A stretch of 64,000 nt of DNA. It comes from Klebsormidium nitens (Eukaryota > Plantae > Klebsormidiophyceae). The notes below the pieces were generated by a model. It did no database searches. It was given only the letters and a program-made list of their open reading frames with translations, and had not been told where the DNA came from. Every line of letters starts with the position of its first letter. The stretch's first letter is position 1. Made by a program: the position numbers and the translations under genes. The DNA lies in NCBI GenBank assembly GCA_000708835.1, contig DF237058.1, positions 131,038 to 195,037 of the forward strand, given 5' to 3'. Shown here one piece after another: positions 60,352-64,000 of this stretch.

Positions 60352-62639
60352 AGAATCTTTGTGCACTCAGCAATCAGGCTTCTGGTCGAAGCCGTCCTAA
60401 GCGCCACTAACTCCTGTTTAAGATGGTCAGAAGCGATCAATCTCTTGCGTCTCTACTAATTAAGTTGTTAACGCCCCCATAACGCTGTCTGAAGGCCAAC
60501 AAGTGGCGCGCTTCGACGGCTTGGAACATCAAGTTACAAAGTTACAGGGACGGCGCTCAGGATCCAAAGGGCGATTAGCGGTACCGTTGCTTCCCTTCTG
60601 AGCAATATCGAATCGGAAAGGCGGGTGGCGCTTATGGTGCGAAGCGCATCAACGATTGTGGACAGCGAGCGAAACTGGTTCGGCTTTTCAGGGCTCCGAT
60701 TGATTCCGTGACAGCCTAAGTAGGATTCCTCAACGCTATGTCATGGCAGGAAAGATTTTTTCCAAGCATCGAGACCTCTGTTCAGATAGATGTATTGTCT
60801 CAGGGGATGTACTAGCAGGTCCGATGAGTCGAGAGTGAAGAACGTCAGAGAGAAACGAGAGCAAGCCTACTATCCGGGTTAGTAGTCTCGTTTGCGCTCT
60901 TCGACGATTGCCAGCGGTTAGATGATAGCCCAACACTTGATACGTTTGCACGGCAACTAGCTAATCTGGCAGGAAAGTATCCTCAACGTTGAATGTGCAA
61001 CAGCCACACTGCGCAATTTTCCGAAGCGAAGGACATGGACCTGGACGCGAGAGGGCTAGAGGGCACGACCTCAGAATCTCGCAAATTAGCGCGCTTTGCG
61101 CAATCTCGATTCTTGGACGGAATCGAGCTGGCACCACTTCAATGACATTTCTGACGCGCCCAACCCGCTTGCGGCGGCCGTCCGGCCAATACGTACTTCC
61201 ATACCGTTGACAGCTCCCTTCAAAGTCTGAGATGAGTCTAAGCGTCGAAGGACCGTAAGCGAACTCCTTGGCAACGCATTGGGCAAGCGGAAGTACTGAC
61301 GCCGGTTTCAGCTTGTGGGCGGAATGCGAAGCGGGCCGGTTGAAGATAACACAACCGGCTACGCGGCGTTTGGCAAGGGCGCGCAAGTGCCCGCTCGCAT
61401 CATCCACTGCACGTGAGGAACTTTACCAGCAGTCTTTGACTGGTTTGAGGTCCGTTGAATTCCGCATCATGAGCAAGCTGTTCTTTCCGCGGATCAATGA
61501 ACTAGCTTCGAATGCGAGAATCGATTCGCTCTCCTCTGGTGCACAGAACGTTTCAGAGGGGGGTACTATGTGCCCAATAGGATGCCGCGTCCTGTCAACC
61601 CAGGGCACATCCGGAAGCTCAAACTTACTGACGGGAGAGCCTCGAACATTGCGATATTGCAGCCTGATGCAAGCTTTCTGCTAGTCACTGAAGTCTGAGG
61701 CGCTTGGTACGAAACACAAATATAAACGGGGGGCACGGCCCCGCCGGCCAACAGAGGGGCTCTCTTGTATCAAACAGGATTCGGCTGTTAGTGGCCTCCA
61801 CTCAAATCACCGTTGCACTGGAGCATACATTGATAGGGAGCCCGCGTTTGACGAAAGTTTCTTCAGGTCATCCACATGGTAGACTGTGACAGTCTGAGCG
61901 GCCTAGACATGTCAGTCGACCAGGCTGCTGCAAAGCGACCGCGCGCGCGCACAGGCCACCACTTTAGAGATTGGATTTCGATGCAGCAAAAACTTTGCTG
62001 AAGATGACGCAATGAACGCGGCAACGGCGCGTCGAAAGGATCAAGCCTTGGCCGAGACTCAGCGTTTCACGCCTTGGACTGGGTTGGCACGTGCTACTAT
62101 TCAAAAAGCTGCCGTATAGGAGTATAGGTAAAAACGGCAGCTCAAGGCTAAGCGGTATCGTTCCTCAATCTTCCTTGTGGCATGTAGGCAGAAGGCACGC
62201 TTCTCCAGTCACGGCTTGGTGTCATGGGCAAAGGTAACATCAATCCGAATCTCGGATGAGTTGCGAGATTTGGTCCAAACGAACCAACACAGCTTAAGAA
62301 AGAGAAACTCCTTGCTCTTTTCCAATTTGAATCTTTTCGATTACAGGTTTGTAAACTAAGCTAGTGATGCTTACGCGAAAAGAGTGGTAAGGGTTCACAT
62401 GTACAACTAAGCAAGTTCTGTACTAACAGTAATAGCGTGCGTAAAAAATTGGTTCCATATTGCTCTCTAGTTGTCTAGTTGCAAATCAGCCCGAAGTCGC
62501 ACATAGAAGGATTCTCAAAAGTGTGCCGCCCTCGAATATAGCAGGCCCGTGAACAAAAACTGGCGTTTTGAACAACACTGTTACGAACTTTCTGAAGCTG
62601 ATCTGTCCTCGGGCTGAGACTCCCCATACAGACATGGAT

Positions 62640-63626
62640 CACTGTGACGAAGTTAAAACCCGGAAAACCCCCGGAAAGTCGGGGGAAATTCCCCCGACTT
62701 TCCGGGGGTTTTCCGGTATCGAATTTAGCAGTACCGGAAACATGCCGAAAATGGGAAATCCGGGGTCATTCCGGGTGCGCGGAAAATGAAAAATAATCGA
62801 TCTCGGTCAGTAACCTTTGACGTTTGTCCGCGTGATCGAACACGCGATAACTCGCGTTACACGTCAGCAATACATCACAAATTAGAAGCACACACCATAA
62901 CCACTAGACCAGGCTTGATTCCTTACTGCCGTACGTTTCTAAAATTACTATGTAGCAACTCCTTGTCAACCGGTCCCTTTCTGACTTTCTTTAACCCGTC
63001 ATCACATACATACAATGATACATCACAGACTGGACACAGATTCTACCGGGTTAGCTGAGGACTTATCAAAATCAGCGCCATCCAGACGGTACCTAGGCAG
63101 TAGGTAGCCTCAGGCTATCACAGGCTAGGCTCTGAGGTTGAAGTTTTAGAGGAAGCCTCCCTGGCTATAGCTCTTGCTCCAAAGCAGATATTAACTCTTT
63201 CACTGCTTATGTGTTTATCTTGTATTTTCCGTAGGCTTTTAGAAACCAATTTTCTTATCTCTGTTGCCCGGCACTGAGTCAATAAGCCCCTGCGCCAGCC
63301 TAGTAGTATGACGACTTATTGAAGATCTGGCCCAAAAGTGAAGTTAAAATGCCCTAGGGTCGTCGCGCTGAAGCCTAGCCCCCGTTTCTCGAGGGTTTCT
63401 CGCCGATTTTCCGGCCACTTTCCGGCCTCTGCCAGGGACCGCCCTTCACCGGAGGTTTTCCGGGTGTTTTCCGGGCACTTTTACGGTCCAGATTTCGGTC
63501 GGAACTTTTGACGACGATGTTGAAATTTTCCGGGTTCGGAATTTTCTTTTTCGGCTCAATTCCGGTATCCGTACGCGGTTCCGGTGACATCCCGGCTATT
63601 TTCCGGGTTTTAACTTTCTCACAGTG
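62640..63626. mobile_element. Non-autonomous CACTA/EnSpm (CACTG-terminated) DNA transposon
   Basis: 28-bp TIRs with 2 mismatches: CACTGTGACGAAGTTAAAACCCGGAAAA (62640-62667) and TTTTCCGGGTTTTAACTTTCTCACAGTG (63599-63626). 3-bp TSD GAT at 62637-62639 and 63627-63629. Many subterminal CCGGAAA/TTTCCGG repeats. No transposase ORF. Confidence 0.9.
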
Positions 63627-64000
63627 GATGGTTCAGGAAAGGTGAGGCCGCGATCCCAGACAGAGCGTCAGCGTTTTTGTCCACGGCTTCCGCCTCTTGC
63701 TTCCAAAGATTCCGTTCCCTGAGATCCATTCCAGACGTCCGTTTGATTTGCAAGCCCACCAAGCAAGTTCCAATGGCCGTCAGGATGGCGCCCGGTAGCG
63801 GACTGCGGATGAGGCGTGCGCGTGCGAAACGAGACGCCATCGAGTCTCTCCTGGCAGCTGCGCGGTTCACGCTCTCTGAGGAAGACGCTAGCACCTCTGA
63901 TGCTTGAAACGTCGACGCTGGTGCCCCCCTGGTGCCTTGAGAAGAACTTTTAACTGTGAACAAAACAGGAGCTTACAACGCAGTGCGCTTCTGTCAATTC

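Noticed and set aside
59780-62400. Scattered ORFs (up to 148 aa) and splice-like sites right of the FMO
   Set aside because: Could not assemble a coherent gene or recognise any motif; left unannotated.
1-64000. tRNA, rRNA, snRNA and CRISPR signatures
   Set aside because: No T-loop GGTTCGAATCC in a cloverleaf context, no rRNA-like conserved blocks and no regularly spaced repeat-spacer array were seen. A tRNAscan-SE/Infernal run would be needed to exclude small RNAs.

Overview
Eukaryotic, intron-rich nuclear DNA from a green-lineage organism. The plastid-targeted genes, GT-AG introns and compact divergent gene pairs suggest a streptophyte alga such as Klebsormidium (inference). Spliced genes reconstructed by eye, left to right: VMP1/KMS1 (5' part, -), an unknown ~80-aa G/N/S/Y-rich repeat protein (+), REV1 (-), COX15 (+), two tandem damaged copies of a restriction-endonuclease-like + minimal-kinase gene (-), type II 3-dehydroquinate synthase (+), 1-Cys peroxiredoxin (+), an uncharacterised plastid protein with a His/Asn-Cys signature (-), RAF1 (+), an aldo/keto reductase with a Tat-like signal (-), a peroxisomal enoyl-CoA isomerase (+) and a bacterial-type flavin monooxygenase (-). 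The right end holds a MITE-like element and a non-autonomous CACTA transposon with a 3-bp TSD. Most striking: (1) a tandem pair of equal-length 92-nt exons in the enoyl-CoA isomerase that look mutually exclusive and swap the loop right after the putative catalytic Glu; (2) three in-frame duplicated splice donors in the peroxiredoxin; (3) the Crinkler-like REase-kinase duplicate. All exon boundaries are manual predictions. No database searches were run.
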